A DNA stretch of 64,000 nt from the NCBI GenBank assembly GCA_049325515.1, contig JBMOLI010000004.1, positions 152,006 to 216,005 of the forward strand, written 5' to 3'. This DNA is from Actinomycetota bacterium. Its GTDB lineage: Bacteria; Actinomycetota; Acidimicrobiia; Acidimicrobiales; VFJN01. The notes beneath the pieces were generated by a model that had not been told where the DNA came from, did no database searches, and saw only the letters and a list, made by a program, of their open reading frames with translations. Positions 37,946-47,114 of the stretch are shown here, piece after piece (positions within the stretch are counted from its first letter, which is position 1; every line of letters starts with the position of its first letter). A program made the translations under genes and the position numbers.

Positions 37946-38875
37946 GTGAGTCCGCCGATTCGAGTCGGCACCATCCCTCCGATGGCATTCGGCGGCCACC
38001 CCGAGGCGGCCGCCGCCGAGCTGCGGGCGCTCGCCGAGGCTGGCGTCGACCACCTTGTCGTCGGCGACCATGTGAGCTTCTTCGGCGGCTTCGGCGTCGA
38101 CGGCCTGGTCCACGCGACCGCTCTGTCGGTGTTGGTACCGGACTTGCCGATCCACACGAGCGTGTACCTGCTCGTGCTCCGGCACCCTGTGGTGGTGGCC
38201 CGGCAGCTCGCCACGCTGGCTTCACTCGCGCCGGGGCGGCTTGTGTTCGGGGTGGGCATCGGGGGCGAGGACCGCAACGAGGTGGCCTGCTGCGGAGTGG
38301 ACCCGTCCACTCGAGGCCGGCGCATGGACGAGTCGCTGACGCTGCTCCGGCGGCTTCTCGCGGCTGAGTCCGTGACGCACCGAGGGGAGTTCTTCGCCAT
38401 GGAGAGCACTGCAGTGCTCCCAGCCCCGAGCGAGCCGATCCCGCTCGTGATCGGCGGTCGCTCAGATGCTGCGGTCCGGCGGGCGGGCCTGCTCGGTGAC
38501 GGGTGGCTCGGGATCTGGGTGTCGCCGGAGCGCTTCGCGACCGCTACCGCCATGGCCGCTGACACCGCCGCGCGATCCGGTCGGCACGGTGTCTCGTGGC
38601 ACCACGGGATGACGGTCTGGTGTGGGTTCGGTCAGGACCGGTCGGATGGTGAGCGCGTCGTTGCCAGCGCGATGGAGTCCCTCTACGGACTCCCGTTCGG
38701 GAAGTTCGACCGCTACGTGCCTCGTGGCACCCCGCAAGATGTCGCAACGGCCCTGCGGCCGTACGTGGAGGCGGGTTGCACCACCTTCAACCTGCTTGCA
38801 CAATGCCGCGATCCGAGCGGGCTGGGCGCCGCCGTGGGCGAGGTCCGGCGACTCCTCAACGTGCCGTTGAGCTGA
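37946..38875 (+). CDS. LLM class oxidoreductase (FMN- or F420-dependent)
   Basis: VDHLVVGDHVSF...GRLVFGVGIGGEDRNE...PIPLVIGGRSDAAVRRAG. Start placed at GTG 37946 behind GGGAGGGG (alternative ATG at 37907). The upstream part of tracked ORF 37322.. is antisense to the BVMO gene. Confidence 0.8.
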   Translation: MSPPIRVGTIPPMAFGGHPEAAAAELRALAEAGVDHLVVGDHVSFFGGFGVDGLVHATALSVLVPDLPIHTSVYLLVLRHPVVVARQLATLASLAPGRLVFGVGIGGEDRNEVACCGVDPSTRGRRMDESLTLLRRLLAAESVTHRGEFFAMESTAVLPAPSEPIPLVIGGRSDAAVRRAGLLGDGWLGIWVSPERFATATAMAADTAARSGRHGVSWHHGMTVWCGFGQDRSDGERVVASAMESLYGLPFGKFDRYVPRGTPQDVATALRPYVEAGCTTFNLLAQCRDPSGLGAAVGEVRRLLNVPLS

Positions 38876-38981
38876 GAGCGGGACGCTGACCCTTCTCGTG
38901 GTCCCACGTGAAGACCGCGCCGGCGTTGTTCCGCGCGGCGGGTTTCAGCCCCGCGAGGGAGGCCGGGTACGGTCCCCCGGC

Positions 38982-39905
38982 GTGACAGAGATATCACGGC
39001 GTCTCACATCGGCGACCCCCCAGTGGTTCGTGGATGCGCTAGGGGTGCCGTTTGCGCAGCGTGCGGTCGAGGTGGGCGGCGCGAGCATCAGCTACCTCGC
39101 GTGGGGCGAGCCGGGCCGGCGTGGCCTGGTGTTCGTGCACGGGGGAGCCGCCCACGCGCACTGGTGGACACATGTGGCTGCGCCGTTCGCAGCAGACTTC
39201 CGCGTGCTCGCGATCGACCTGTCGGGGCACGGGGACAGCGACCATCGCCCGACCTACAGCCTCGACCAGTGGGCCGAGGAGGTCATGGCCGTGGCCGGCC
39301 ATGGCGAGGTGGCGGCACAGCCGGTCGTCGTGGGTCACAGCATGGGCGGGTTCGTCACGATCGTGACGGCCGCGCGCCACGGGTCCGAGCTGGGAGGGGT
39401 GATCGTGTGCGACTCGCCGGTCACCGAGCCGGATCCGGAGATCGAGCCCAGCGCCACCCAGGCCTTCGGGCGCGGCGGGCGCGTGTATGACGACGTGGAG
39501 GAGGCCGTGCGTCGGTTCCGCACCGTCCCACCCCAGGATGACTACCTGGACTACGTCCTCGATCATGTCGCCCGCCGCTCACTCCGTGCTCGGGAGGCAG
39601 GATGGGCGTGGAAGTTCGATCGGCGCGTGTTCGAGCAGTTCTCGGGCCAGCTGCGTCACGTTTCGCTGCCCTACCTTCGCAAGGTCACCTGCCGCTTCGC
39701 CCTGCTTCGCTCGCAGCGAGGTCTCGTCACCCCCGACATCAGCGCCACGATGTACGAGGCGCTCGGCCGACGGGCTCCGCTGATCGAGCTCCCTGAGGCA
39801 GGGCACCACGCCATGCTCGACCAGCCACTCGTGCTGATCACCGCCCTTCGCTCGCTGCTCGCGGACTGGGACCACTCGACGCCGCTCGACCTCCCCGAGA
39901 TGTGA
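38982..39905 (+). CDS. alpha/beta hydrolase
   Basis: LVFVHGGAAHAHWW...DLSGHGDSD...VVGHSMGG (nucleophile elbow)...EAGHHAMLDQP. Start is uncertain (GTG 38982 or GTG 38898). Confidence 0.8.
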   Translation: MTEISRRLTSATPQWFVDALGVPFAQRAVEVGGASISYLAWGEPGRRGLVFVHGGAAHAHWWTHVAAPFAADFRVLAIDLSGHGDSDHRPTYSLDQWAEEVMAVAGHGEVAAQPVVVGHSMGGFVTIVTAARHGSELGGVIVCDSPVTEPDPEIEPSATQAFGRGGRVYDDVEEAVRRFRTVPPQDDYLDYVLDHVARRSLRAREAGWAWKFDRRVFEQFSGQLRHVSLPYLRKVTCRFALLRSQRGLVTPDISATMYEALGRRAPLIELPEAGHHAMLDQPLVLITALRSLLADWDHSTPLDLPEM

Positions 39906-39984
39906 CAGCAACAAGATGTGTTGCATGTTGCACTCCGGCTAGCCTCGGCCGAACGAGCGCAGGAACTGGATACGGAGGGATCCG

Positions 39985-41237
39985 ATGACGACCACGATGC
40001 CGGGAACCGCGACGGAGATCGATGTCGAGGTGTGGCTGGATGATCACTGGGACCCTGATCGCACCGTCTCGCAGTGGTGGGCGGACCTCGCTGCCGCCGG
40101 CCTGTCCAACCCGATGCTGCCGCCGCCATGGGGGCGGGGGTGGGACCGAACCGGGGCGATGTGCTTCGCCGACGCCATGCAGCGCCGTGGGGCGCTCGGA
40201 CCGCCGTCGGGCATCGGGATGATGCTGGCGGTCCCCACGCTCCTCGCCCACGGCTCGCCTGAGGTCATCGAGCGGTACGTCCCGAAGATCCTCAACGGCC
40301 GCACGGTTGGTGCCAGCTATTCAGCGAGCCTGGCGCCGGCTCCGACCTCGCGGGCCTGCAGACGGCCGCCGTGCGCGACGGCGAGCAGTGGATCGTCAAC
40401 GGGCAGAAGGTCTGGACCTCTGGTGGGCAGTACGCAGACTTCGGGATCCTGATCGCCCGCACCTCGCCCGACGCGCCGAAGCACCGTGGCATCACCTACT
40501 TCGCGTGCCCCATGCGGCAGCCCGGGGTCGAGGTGCGCCCCTTGCGGGAGATGACCGGTCATGCGCTCTTCAACGAGGTGTTCCTCGATGAAGCCCGAGT
40601 CGCAGACTCGGACCGCATCGGTGACATCGATGACGGGTGGCGGGTGGCCAACACCACGCTCATGGTGGAGCGCTCGAGCATCGGCGGCGGCGCTGTCGCC
40701 GCCCGTTCGGCAGCGATCCCCGGGACCGTGGCCGGGCACCTCGACCGCCCCTCGGGCAGCTTCACCGACGAGCGGCCCATGATCAACGTGGCGATGGTCG
40801 GGCCAGGCCGCGTCGCACAGCTGAGGGAGCTGGCGGTCGAACGCGGGATGGATCGCGATCCGACGATCCGTCAGGGCCTGGCACGTCTGCACACGTTGGT
40901 CCAGCTCAACACCTGGCACCTCGGGCGGATGAAGTCCGGCAACGCCTCCACCGGCGGCGAGGGAAACCTGGCCAAGCTCCGCAACAGCGAGATGCTTCGC
41001 CAAGCCCGCGACCTCGGCTGCGCGATCCTCGGCGCCGGGGCCACCCTGGTCGGTCCCGGATCACCGAGCGGCGGCGACGTGCAGGAGCTCACGTTGATGT
41101 CACCGGCCCCGGCGATCTACGGCGGTACCGACCAGGTGCAACGGAACATCATCGGGGAGCGGGTGCTCGGGCTGCCCAAGGAGCCGGGGCCTTCGAGCGA
41201 CACCCCGTTCAGGGAGCTCCTCCACAACCGCGGCTGA
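39985..41237 (+). pseudogene. acyl-CoA dehydrogenase (FadE-like), paralogue 3, disrupted by a 1-nt frameshift near 40306-40310
   Basis: ORF 39985..40452 carries the ACAD N-terminus up to KILNGRTV. The conserved WCQLFSEPGAGSDLAGL...GQKVWTSGG continues in another frame (the tracked ORF 40371..41237 frame) from 40308. The observed ACGGTTGGTGCC differs from the expected ACGGTTTGGTGCC. Confidence 0.75.
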
Positions 41238-41270
41238 TGCCGGAGGGCCCCGGCCCCGGTCGGTCGACGG

Positions 41271-42422
41271 CTAGCGCGGCACCCGCTCGGCCGCCAGCAG
41301 CCGCTCCATCCGTTGGAACGAGTCGATCATCTCGTCCACCATCTCGAGCACCACGCGAGCCGCCGGCTGCACGGAGTTCATGGCGCCCACGATCTGGCCC
41401 ACGAAGTAGGTCACCAGCTCCTCGGCACCGCTGCCAGGGTGGTGGGCGACGCGGTTGATCCTGCGCAGGGCCTCGCCCACGAGCATCGGCTGCAGCGGCA
41501 TGGGCAGGGGGCCGGGGCCGGAGGGGTCCTCCCAGGCGTCGCTCCAGGCGGTGCGCAGCATGCGTGCGGGCTTTCCCGTGATCGAGCGCGACCGGACCGT
41601 GTCGCTGGAGCCGGCGGCCAGGTACTTCTTCTGCACCACGGGCGGCGTCTCAGCCTCTTGGGTGGTGAGCCACACCGACCCGCACCACACGCCCTCTGCG
41701 CCGAGGGCCAGCGAGGCGGCCACCTGCCGGCCCCGCCCGATGCCGCCGGCCGCGAGCACGGGCACCGGTGCCACGGCGTCTACCACCTCGGGCACGAGCA
41801 CCATGGTGGCAACCTGCCCCGTGTGGCCTCCGGCCTCGGTGCCCTGGGCGATGATCAGGTCCGCACCCGCCTCCGCGTGGCGGACGGCGTGAGCCGTGGC
41901 GCCGGCGAGCGCGGCGACGACCACACCCGCGGACCGGGCGCGGTCGATCAGATGCGGGGGCGGCGGGCCCAGCGCGCTGGCGATCAGCGCGATCGAGTGG
42001 TCGAAGGCGACGTCGAGCAACGGCGCCATGCTCTTCGGGTCGATGCGCATCCCGGCGAACTCCCGGACCTCGTCGTCGCCGTCCTTGACCGGCAGTGCCG
42101 GGATGTCGAACCGCTCCAAGAGCGCGTCGAGCCATCGCCGGTGCTCCTCGGGCAGGAGCGAGGCCAGCGTGCCCGCGTCGAATCCGCCGCTCTCCTCCCC
42201 CACGTAGTGGGTGGGGATCAGCAGGTCCACCCCGTAGGGCTTCCCCTGCACTTGCTCTTCGATCCAGTGGAGGTCGACCTCCAGCTGCTCGGCGCTGTGG
42301 GCCACAGCCCCGAGCACCCCGAGGCCGCCGGCGTTGGTGACCGCCGCCACGACATCTCGGCAGTGGCTGAAGGCCAGTATCGGGAACTCCACATCGAGCA
42401 TGTCTGTCACGGCGGTTCGCAT
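41271..42422 (-). CDS. nitronate monooxygenase / NAD(P)H-dependent flavin oxidoreductase (2-nitropropane dioxygenase-like)
   Basis: FPILAFSH...NAGGLGVLG...IAQGTEAGGHTG...VLAAGGIGRGRQVAASLALGAEGVW. ATG 42420-42422 is preceded by GAGGGGAA. Confidence 0.85.
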   Translation of the reverse strand: MRTAVTDMLDVEFPILAFSHCRDVVAAVTNAGGLGVLGAVAHSAEQLEVDLHWIEEQVQGKPYGVDLLIPTHYVGEESGGFDAGTLASLLPEEHRRWLDALLERFDIPALPVKDGDDEVREFAGMRIDPKSMAPLLDVAFDHSIALIASALGPPPPHLIDRARSAGVVVAALAGATAHAVRHAEAGADLIIAQGTEAGGHTGQVATMVLVPEVVDAVAPVPVLAAGGIGRGRQVAASLALGAEGVWCGSVWLTTQEAETPPVVQKKYLAAGSSDTVRSRSITGKPARMLRTAWSDAWEDPSGPGPLPMPLQPMLVGEALRRINRVAHHPGSGAEELVTYFVGQIVGAMNSVQPAARVVLEMVDEMIDSFQRMERLLAAERVPR

Positions 42423-42748
42423 GTCGTTCCCCTCGGGCGGTGGCACCCACATCCAAGCGCACGAGCAGGAAGACATGCAACGTCGCTCGTCATGGTGCGA
42501 TCCACGGCTCCCCGAGCAGACCTGATCGGAAGGGAGCGGCCACATTCAGTGGGGGTGATCGCCAGACACGACAGACTCTACTCCTTGTCTCATCAAGATC
42601 GACCCGTGGAGAACCGCCGAATCGTGCTGGACACGTTCCTCGACCGGGCCGTCCGGCTCGTTCCCGCGGGTGGCGCCGAGCCCCTGGCCAACGCCGTCCT
42701 TCGAGGGTTCCGGACCTTTCCGGTTCGCCGGTCGGGGTCGGTACCCGA

Positions 42749-44305
42749 TCAGATCTTGCGGCCGGCGCCCACCCAGTAGCGATCGCGCAGGAGGCGCTTG
42801 TAGAGCTTGCCCGTCGGATGGCGGGGAAGCTCCTCCTCGAAGTCGATGGACCGCGGGACCTTGTAGGCGGCGAGTGCCGCTCGGCAGTGCTCCATGAGGG
42901 CACCGGAGAGCTCCTCGGACGGTTGGTGCCCGGGGAGCAGCTCGACGGCGGCCTTCACCTCCTCGCCCCACTCCTCGTTGGGGATGCCGAAGACGGCGAC
43001 GTCGGCGACGGCGTCGTGTGCGGACAGGACCTGTTCGATCTCCGCCGGGTAGATGTTGACGCCCCCGGAGATGATCAGGTCGTTCTTGCGATCGGTGAGC
43101 CAGACGTATCCCTCGGCATCGATGTGCCCGATGTCGCCCAGGGTGAAGACCCCGGGCTCGGCGTGGGCGGCGGCCGTCTTGGCCTCGTCGTTGTGGTATC
43201 GGAACGTCTCACCGAGAAGCGACCGGAAGTAGATGGTGCCGGTCTCCCCTGGCGGGAGCGTCGCGCCGTCGTCGTCGTGCGCCTCGACCGTGTAGACGGG
43301 AAGGGGTCGACCCACTGAGCCCCGGTGGGTGAGCCAGTCCTCTGCCCCGATGACGGTGATGCCTCCCTCGGTGGCGCCGTAGTACTCGGTTATCACGGGA
43401 CCCCACCACTCGATCATGCGCTCCTTCACCCACCGGGGGCAGGGTGCGGCGCCGTGCAGCACGCACTCCAGGTGCTTGGGGTCGAACGCGGCCCGGGTGG
43501 CGTCGTCGAGGCGGAGCAACCGGATGAACATCGTGGGGACCAGGTGCGTGCTCGTGATGCGGTGCTCGTCCAGCAGCTCCAGGCAGGACTCTGGCGTCCA
43601 GCGCTCCATCATCACGAGCGTGGCGCCCAGGTTGAACGCCATCGTGGAGAACCCCAGCGGAGCCGCGTGGTACAGCGGCCCAGTCACCAGGTGCGCACCT
43701 CCCGGCTGGACGCCGAGCGCAGAGCCGAGCAGCGTCATCCCCGTGACGAGCGACTCAGCGGTCGCCCCGCTCCCCGCCATGTTCCGCTCCACGCCCTTGG
43801 GGCGTCCGGTCGTCCCGGACGTGTAGAGCATGAAGCCGCCGGCTGGCCCGTCGAGTGGCAGGGGCGCTGGTGAGTGGGCGGCAACCGCGCCCTCGTAGCT
43901 GCGGAACGGACCGTCGTCGTCGTCGCCGGTGACGAGCGCGAGCTCTGGGCGGATGGCCTCGAGTGCGGGGAGCCCCAGGGCGGTGTAAGCCGCATCGACC
44001 ACGACGGCCCGGGCACCGCAGTCCTGGATCACGTAGGCAGCCTCATCAGGTGTGAAGTGCCAGTTGACGGGTGTCACCACGATGCCGGTCTTCATGCAGG
44101 CGCCAAGGACCTCGGCGAATTCGGCGCGGTTGCCCATGACCATCGCGATGTGGTCGCCGATGCCGAGGCCGCTGGCCTGGAGGAGCCTCGCGAGCTGGTT
44201 CACGCGGGCGTCGAACTGGCTCCATGAGAGCTGCCGGTGCGCGTCGATCACCGCGGCGTCGTCGGGGCGGGCCTGGGCGAGCTGGAAGAACCCGATGGGA
44301 GGCAT
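42749..44305 (-). CDS. acyl-CoA synthetase / AMP-dependent ligase (FadD-like)
   Basis: LYTSGTTGRPKGV and C-terminal AYKVPRSIDFEEELPRHPTGKLYK. Confidence 0.9.
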   Translation of the reverse strand: MPPIGFFQLAQARPDDAAVIDAHRQLSWSQFDARVNQLARLLQASGLGIGDHIAMVMGNRAEFAEVLGACMKTGIVVTPVNWHFTPDEAAYVIQDCGARAVVVDAAYTALGLPALEAIRPELALVTGDDDDGPFRSYEGAVAAHSPAPLPLDGPAGGFMLYTSGTTGRPKGVERNMAGSGATAESLVTGMTLLGSALGVQPGGAHLVTGPLYHAAPLGFSTMAFNLGATLVMMERWTPESCLELLDEHRITSTHLVPTMFIRLLRLDDATRAAFDPKHLECVLHGAAPCPRWVKERMIEWWGPVITEYYGATEGGITVIGAEDWLTHRGSVGRPLPVYTVEAHDDDGATLPPGETGTIYFRSLLGETFRYHNDEAKTAAAHAEPGVFTLGDIGHIDAEGYVWLTDRKNDLIISGGVNIYPAEIEQVLSAHDAVADVAVFGIPNEEWGEEVKAAVELLPGHQPSEELSGALMEHCRAALAAYKVPRSIDFEEELPRHPTGKLYKRLLRDRYWVGAGRKI

Positions 44306-44312
44306 GGCGCGC

Positions 44313-45197
44313 TCAGGCGATGTGCGAGAAGAGCAGACCGAGCTCTTCGCTGGCGTTGGACGGCACGAGGTAGCCCTCTCGGTCGCACATCTCGTCCCAC
44401 CGCTCGGCGATGGCCTCCATCGACAGGTCCGGGTCGAAGATGCCTCGAGTCACCCCGATGAAGATCTCGGCCAGCCTCCCCCCGGCGACCGAGAAGAGGC
44501 GGCCGGTCGCCGAGCAGGCCTCGGACGCCAGATAGCCCACGATGGGGCTTACGAGGCGCGGCTCGAGCTTGTCGGCGGCGCCGCCCAGGATGTCCTCGGT
44601 CATGCGCGTCTTGGCCCCGGGAGCGATCGCGTTGGCGAGGACCCCGTACTTGGCGCCCTCCTGGGCGAGGACCCGGGTGAATCCCACCACGCCCATCTTG
44701 GCGGCGCCGTAGTTCGTCTGGCCGAAGTTGCCGAAGATCCCGGCAGCGGAGGAGGTGTTGACCACACGGCCGTACCCCTGGTCGCGCATCAGCCGCCATG
44801 CTGGCTGGGTGACGTAGAAGGCGCCCCGCAGGTGCACGTCGAGCACCGGATCGAGCAGGTCGTCGGTCAGGTTGTGGAACGCCTTGTCCCGCAGGATCCC
44901 CGCGTTGTTGACGACGATGTCGACCCTGCCGAACGCCTCCACTGCCGTGCGGACAATGTCCTCGCCTCCCGCCCGGGTCGACACGGAGGCAGTGCTCGCC
45001 ACGGCGACGCCCCCGGCCGCCTCGATCTCCTCGGCGATCCGCTGCGCCGGGCCGGCATCCCCGCCGTCTCCGGCGACCGATCCGCCGAGGTCGTTCACCA
45101 CGACCTGTGCGCCCCGGCTGGCCAGGAGGAGCGCGTGCTCCCGACCGAGGCCGTTGCCTGCTCCCGTCACGATCGCCACACGTCCGTCGAATCCCAT
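44313..45197 (-). CDS. SDR family oxidoreductase, MFE-2/Hsd4-type
   Basis: GRVAIVTGAGNGLGRE, NNAGILRD and YGAAKMG. Paralogue of 12347..13267. Start taken at ATG 45195-45197. Confidence 0.9.
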   Translation of the reverse strand: MGFDGRVAIVTGAGNGLGREHALLLASRGAQVVVNDLGGSVAGDGGDAGPAQRIAEEIEAAGGVAVASTASVSTRAGGEDIVRTAVEAFGRVDIVVNNAGILRDKAFHNLTDDLLDPVLDVHLRGAFYVTQPAWRLMRDQGYGRVVNTSSAAGIFGNFGQTNYGAAKMGVVGFTRVLAQEGAKYGVLANAIAPGAKTRMTEDILGGAADKLEPRLVSPIVGYLASEACSATGRLFSVAGGRLAEIFIGVTRGIFDPDLSMEAIAERWDEMCDREGYLVPSNASEELGLLFSHIA

Positions 45198-45336
45198 GTC
45201 GCTCACGGCCTCTTCCCTTCGCTGGTTGCACGGGCTGGTTCGCCTCGGGTCACTGTTTTGTGAGACACTAGGCGCAAATCGTCTTGCGTCGTCAAGGCGA
45301 ACGTCGTTCGGTGGCCCCAGCGAGGAGGACGATGCG

Positions 45337-45765
45337 GTGGCAGCAGGTCGTGCGCTGGAGGAGGGGTACTTCACGGTGCCGGCAGACGGCGGCGAGCGGC
45401 CTCGACTGCTCGGTTCGTTCAGCCCCGCCGCGGACCTCCACTTCTTCCCGCGGCGCCGGCGTTGCCCCGTGAGCCAGGAGCCCGTGGTGGACGTGGAGCT
45501 CTCGCCCGTCGGCGTGCTCTACTCGTGGACCTTCGTGGTCTCGCCCTGGATGGGTAAGAACCGCATGGGCGGCCTCGAGGGCCACGGTGTCGGCCAGGTC
45601 GATCTCCCGGAGGGCGTGCGGGTGCAGACCATTCTCCGAGGCGACATGGGGGACTGGGAGATCGGCATGCCGATGGTGCTGGAGCTCTATCCCGTCATGC
45701 AGGACAAGGACGGGACCGACCTGCTCACGTTCCGGTTCGCTCCGACGCAGGGAGGTTCTGCCTGA
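45337..45765 (+). CDS. DUF35 OB-fold protein lacking the four-Cys zinc ribbon
   Basis: GVLYSWTFVV...GVGQVDLPEGVRVQTIL...MVLELYPV is OB-fold-like, but only one Cys remains where the other two copies have CxxC...CxxC. GTG 45337 lies 7 nt after GAGGAGGA. Confidence 0.75.
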   Translation: MAAGRALEEGYFTVPADGGERPRLLGSFSPAADLHFFPRRRRCPVSQEPVVDVELSPVGVLYSWTFVVSPWMGKNRMGGLEGHGVGQVDLPEGVRVQTILRGDMGDWEIGMPMVLELYPVMQDKDGTDLLTFRFAPTQGGSA

Positions 45766-46913
45766 TGAGAGAGGACGTCTACGTCGTCGGGGTTGGCATG
45801 ACGCGTTTCGGGCTGCACGAGGGACGGGTGGGCGACCTCGCCTTCGAGGCCGGTACCAGCGCTCTCGGCGACGCCGGAATCCGGTTCGACGAGGTCGGGG
45901 CGCTCTACAACGGGTACATCGGTGGTGGCGGCCTGCTGGCAGGCATCACGGTCGCCAAGGACCTCGGTCTCACCGGGCTCCCGATCGTGCACGTGGAGAA
46001 CGCTTCGGCGACCGGCTCCTCGGCCTTCCGAGAGGCCGTCCTCAACGTGGCCGGTGGCCACTCGGAGGTGGCCATGGCGCTCGGCTTCGACGACATGAAC
46101 CGAATGGGCGGCACCACGGGGTTGTTCAAGCCGGGCGTCGAGACCGTGATGCTGCCGGCGGCCTTCTTCGCCATGTGGGCGACACGGCGCATGCACGATC
46201 ACGGGACCACGGTCGAGACCTTCGCCAAGATCGCGGCCAAGAACTGGAACCACGCACGGCACAACCCGCTGGCCCAGCGCCGCGCCGACCACGAGGTCAC
46301 CGTCGAGGAAGTCCTCGCGTCGAAGATGATCGCCTACCCGCACACGTCCAAGATGGCGTGCGCGGCGGGTGCCGGTGCCGCCTGCGCCATCGTGGCGAGC
46401 CGCGCCGTCGCTGAGCGCCTCGCCAACGGTCGGCCGCTCGTGCGGGTCGCCGCGTCCGCCCAGCAGACCGAGCGCTACACCGACGGGCACATCTTCATGG
46501 GTGCGGTGGTCGGGCCGGGTGAGCTCACTCGCACCACTGCGGTGGCGGCCTACGAGGAGGCTGGGCTCGGCCCCACCGACCTCGACCTCGTGCACGTCCA
46601 CGACGCCTTCCCGATCGAGGAGCTCATGTACTACGAGCTGCTCGGCATCTGCGGCGTCGGGGAGGGCGACAAGCTCGTGGCCGAAGGTGCGACGTCCATC
46701 GGTGGCCGCATCCCGTTCTCCACGGACGGAGGGCTGACCGCTCGAGGTCACCCCGGCGGGCCCACGGGCCTCGCCCAGATCTACGACGTGGTGCGGCAGC
46801 TGCGGGGCGAAGCCGGGCCAGCTCAGGTCGACGGGGCGCGCGTGGGGCTGGCACACATGATGGGTGCCGGCTCGGTCTGTGTGATCCACGTCCTCCAGCG
46901 GGGGGCGAGCTGA
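45765..46913 (+). CDS. thiolase-like protein, SCP-x / lipid-transfer (Ltp) type
   Basis: VYVVGVGMTRFG...VENASATGSSAF...STDGGLTARGHPGGPTGLAQIYDVVRQLRG. TGATG overlap with the DUF35 gene. Confidence 0.85.
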   Translation: MREDVYVVGVGMTRFGLHEGRVGDLAFEAGTSALGDAGIRFDEVGALYNGYIGGGGLLAGITVAKDLGLTGLPIVHVENASATGSSAFREAVLNVAGGHSEVAMALGFDDMNRMGGTTGLFKPGVETVMLPAAFFAMWATRRMHDHGTTVETFAKIAAKNWNHARHNPLAQRRADHEVTVEEVLASKMIAYPHTSKMACAAGAGAACAIVASRAVAERLANGRPLVRVAASAQQTERYTDGHIFMGAVVGPGELTRTTAVAAYEEAGLGPTDLDLVHVHDAFPIEELMYYELLGICGVGEGDKLVAEGATSIGGRIPFSTDGGLTARGHPGGPTGLAQIYDVVRQLRGEAGPAQVDGARVGLAHMMGAGSVCVIHVLQRGAS

Positions 46914-47039
46914 CAGGAGCGACGTCACTAGCAGGATGTCTTGCCGTCGACGGCGCCGAACGGGCAGGACGTGGGAGCCCGGTGCTCTATGAGCCAGCGT
47001 GCCGGCTAGCCCCATGGCAGTCGAGCGTGGACCGCAACC

Positions 47040-47068
47040 TTGACCGTAAGACGAACGGTGCATAGTGT
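47040..47068 (+). promoter_or_regulatory. candidate sigma-A-type promoter TTGACC-17 nt-TAGTGT upstream of the ALDH/ferredoxin/di-iron operon
   Basis: TTGACC at 47040-47045, exact 17-nt spacer, TAGTGT at 47063-47068, about 47 nt upstream of ATG 47115. Pattern match only. Confidence 0.35.
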
Positions 47069-47114
47069 CGCATGAGTGCGGCTGGCGGTCGCCGCCACCG
47101 ACCTGAGGAGTGTC

